A stretch of DNA of 64,000 nt from Balamuthia mandrillaris (taxonomy: Eukaryota), in contig JAVKOQ020000005.1 of NCBI GenBank assembly GCA_031835245.2, forward strand, positions 124,001-188,000, written 5' to 3'. Of this stretch, positions 61,476 through 64,000 are shown one piece after another; within the stretch, counting starts at the first letter, position 1, and each line of letters starts with the position of its first letter. The position numbers were made by a program, and so were the translations under genes. A model generated the notes under the pieces. The model saw only the letters and a list, made by a program, of their open reading frames with translations, ran no database searches and was not told the origin of the DNA.

Positions 61476-61755
61476 CCCCTCCTCTGTGTCTTTCAAAGGG
61501 GAAGGGTTGTTCTTTTTCTTCTTTTTATTTGGAGGAAAGCATTCATGTCGTCGCGAGTTTTTAGATTATGATCTTATCTTCCACCAATCATCATTCATAG
61601 CAAACACATAACACGTCAGCTTTTTATCCATGCGAGGACGCTGCAAGAGAAAGCAAGAGAAGAGAAAGCAAGAGAAGAGAAAGTAAGAGGAGAAGAGAAG
61701 AAAGCAAAAAAAAAAAAAGGCGCTTCTAAATAAACAATCAGCTCTTTCTTTTTCT

Positions 61756-62787
61756 TTATTCGGGCTTCTTGGCCAAGCAGAAGAACATGGGAGAGAAGAT
61801 GCCAAGGTCACCGCCCTTCACGATGGCATCCGCCGTCATGGTCAGCACACCGCTAACAGCAGTGGTGCCGGCAGGAGCGATCCTCAGCTTCTCCAAGGTC
61901 CAGACGAAGCAGTGGGTCACCGTTCGTCCGATGCGCGTGTGGGTGAAGCCGGTCAGGGAGAGGCTGCCCGACAGGGAGCTCTGCCAGGGGGTCCTCTCAT
62001 CGGCGGCCTCCGCCAAGTCTCTGGCCTCCACCAGCTCGAAGCCGGCCTCCTTCAGGGCGTCCACCACCTCCTTGGGCCTCACGAGGTCCGGCAGGCCGTT
62101 GCCCTTCTCGATGTCCTCCTTGATCTGAACGTGCTCGGGGTTGTCAAAGTCAAACTTGTCGGTGATGACCCACTCGTAGACGCCAAAGAGCTGGCCCGGC
62201 TTGAGGACTCGGAAGATCTCGGCGTAGCAGCCGACCTTGTCGGGGGCGTGGCAGGTGGCCTCGATGGCGTAGACGGCGTCAAAGTGGTCGGCCTCCACGG
62301 GGATGTGCATAAAGTCGGCCTTCATGAAGGAGAGCTGGTGGGAGAGGCGGGCCTCGGCCGTCAGCTTCTTGGCGCGCTCTATCTGGTAGTCGTTGTTGTT
62401 GAGGCCCACCACGTTGGCCTCGGAGAAGACGGCGATGGTCCGGGCGGGGCCGCCCACGCCGCAGCCCACGTCCAGCACCTTTTGGCCTCTTTGCAGCCCC
62501 AAGCGATGGGCCAGGTACATCTCGTGACGGAAGATGGAGGCCTCGAAGCTCTCCCAGTGGCGGCGGGGCGCAAAGTGGAAGGACTGGCCCCAGCCGAACT
62601 CGTAGAAGTTGGTCACCACGTCGTAGAAGTGGTTGACCAGGGTGGTGTAGTCGGCCTTGCGCCGCTCCACGGCGTTCTCCTTCTGGTCGTAGAACTGCAC
62701 GTACTCGTCGACGTGGGTGTTGAGCCGGGCACGGCCGACGGACTCTTGGTTGACAAAGGCGGTGACGCGTTTCAGGTTGCCTTCCAT
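61756..62787 (-). CDS. SMT1: Sterol C24-methyltransferase (SMT/ERG6 family), intronless
   Basis: FYEFGWGQSFHFA, VLDVGCGVGGPAR, GLNNNDYQ, AIEATCHAP, LKPG..F.VYEW, IE.GNGLP. Confidence 0.97.
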   Translation of the reverse strand: MEGNLKRVTAFVNQESVGRARLNTHVDEYVQFYDQKENAVERRKADYTTLVNHFYDVVTNFYEFGWGQSFHFAPRRHWESFEASIFRHEMYLAHRLGLQRGQKVLDVGCGVGGPARTIAVFSEANVVGLNNNDYQIERAKKLTAEARLSHQLSFMKADFMHIPVEADHFDAVYAIEATCHAPDKVGCYAEIFRVLKPGQLFGVYEWVITDKFDFDNPEHVQIKEDIEKGNGLPDLVRPKEVVDALKEAGFELVEARDLAEAADERTPWQSSLSGSLSLTGFTHTRIGRTVTHCFVWTLEKLRIAPAGTTAVSGVLTMTADAIVKGGDLGIFSPMFFCLAKKPE

Positions 62788-63477
62788 TGTGCGCGGGTGT
62801 GTGTGTGTGAGGTAGAGAGAGGTGAAAAAAAAAAAGAAAGAGCAGTGTGGGGTCAAAAATCCGACGGAGTGAAAGAAGTGGACCTAGCTAGGGGCTGCAA
62901 TGTGCAAAAAGAAGAAGAAGAAAGAGCAGAAGAGGAAAAAAGAAAAGCGGGAAGGAAGAAAAAAGCGAGGAGGGTAGTGGTATAATGACGAAAAGAGGGT
63001 TGCCGTTAATTCGGCTGGCCAGCCTGCAATGATGGAGGGCAAGAGCTGTCTATTTTCCTCTGCTTGCGGTGCGGGCTTTCGCCCACCACGGGAAAAGCCA
63101 GACAGTTTCCACGGCGTTTTCCATTTCGTTGGTGCAAACCGGCATTTCCCCTCGGTTGAATTACCAGATTAAAACGGGAAATGATTAAAAGGGTATTAAA
63201 TGAATCCACAAAAGGAAATCTCCTCGGAAAAACAGCAGCTGAACTTTGCCGCTTGATTGCGGCACTTGCGACATTTTTGCTATCTGCCGCGTTGGATAAG
63301 GGAGAGGGCACGAGATTGGATGTGAGCAGGGAACGAAAGCGGTGAATTTTTAGGTATGTATTCAGAAAAATCGATAATTCTATATAATTACAAAAATCAA
63401 AAATTATCCATAATAATCGAAAAAACTTTTTAGAACAAACGAAAAGAAAAGAAAAGAAAAGGAAGGAAGAGAGATCA

Positions 63478-64000
63478 ATGTCGGCTCCACTGTCGCAAAG
63501 GACGAGGGCGTTGGGAGCGTTCAAGCAACTGGTACGGACGCAGCGGACCATCTTCGCGAGCGATACCTATGCGCAGTCGAAAGCCATGGAAAAGATCAGA
63601 GCAGAGTTCATGGCACACAAAGGTTATTTTTGGATTATTTTTTTTTTCTTATTTAACTTTTAAAATATATCTGATCGACGCTATGCTTTTATGTGCAGAG
63701 GAAAGCGATGCAGGAAAGATTGATAACTTGATCCAACAAGCGGAGGACGCGAGCGTCTTCCTCCGGGATAAGGTGCTCCAAGGAAAGTTGGACGAACGCA
63801 ACAACGCTTATGGTACTCTCCCCCCTCTCTCTCGCTTTCTTCCACCTACTGCCTTTCTTCGGCTGTTTTCGTCGTTTCTCTTTCCCTCTTTCTCTTTTCT
63901 TTCTTTGACAAACCCTAACGTACCTCTTTCCAGTGGTGGAAGCACAACGCAAGCATCTTCGTTTTCACGACCCCATGTTCGAGGGCACGACCGACAAAAA
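63478..64000 (+). CDS. LYR-motif protein, complex III assembly factor MZM1/LYRM7-like (partial, spliced)
   Basis: ALGAFKQLVRTQRTIFASD..KIRAEF/..I..LIQQAEDA..FLRDKVLQG. Confidence 0.7.

Noticed and set aside
61912..62985. 357-aa plus-strand ORF
   Set aside because: Antisense to the high-GC3 sterol methyltransferase; no recognisable motifs.

Overview
Eukaryotic, gene-dense genomic DNA with GT-AG spliceosomal introns full of sense-strand pyrimidine microsatellites. A free-living amoebozoan is inferred from the Roco kinase, Mdm10/Tom40-type barrel, sterol C24-methyltransferase and granulin; this is not proven. I assembled about 26 protein-coding genes and one tRNA-Asn(GTT) by eye. Most ORFs in the supplied track are microsatellite or antisense artefacts. 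The most notable signals are: (1) six F-box genes in about 42 kb fused to very different modules (mu-homology domain, XPA-like domain, Sec7-PH, a probably inactive E2 plus SPRY, and a tandem pair of degenerate CAAX-bearing Rho GTPases); (2) a family of orphan RNA polymerase III B-box/T-arm motifs in promoter regions of protein-coding genes; (3) other unusual architectures (GRF-HARP-HARP-3CxxC, RPC7-like with a SAP-like insert, degenerate Roc, CPI-like motif with a long ERK helix); (4) two convergent genes whose stop codons overlap. All domain calls come from motif recognition, not database searches, and exon boundaries are manual predictions.
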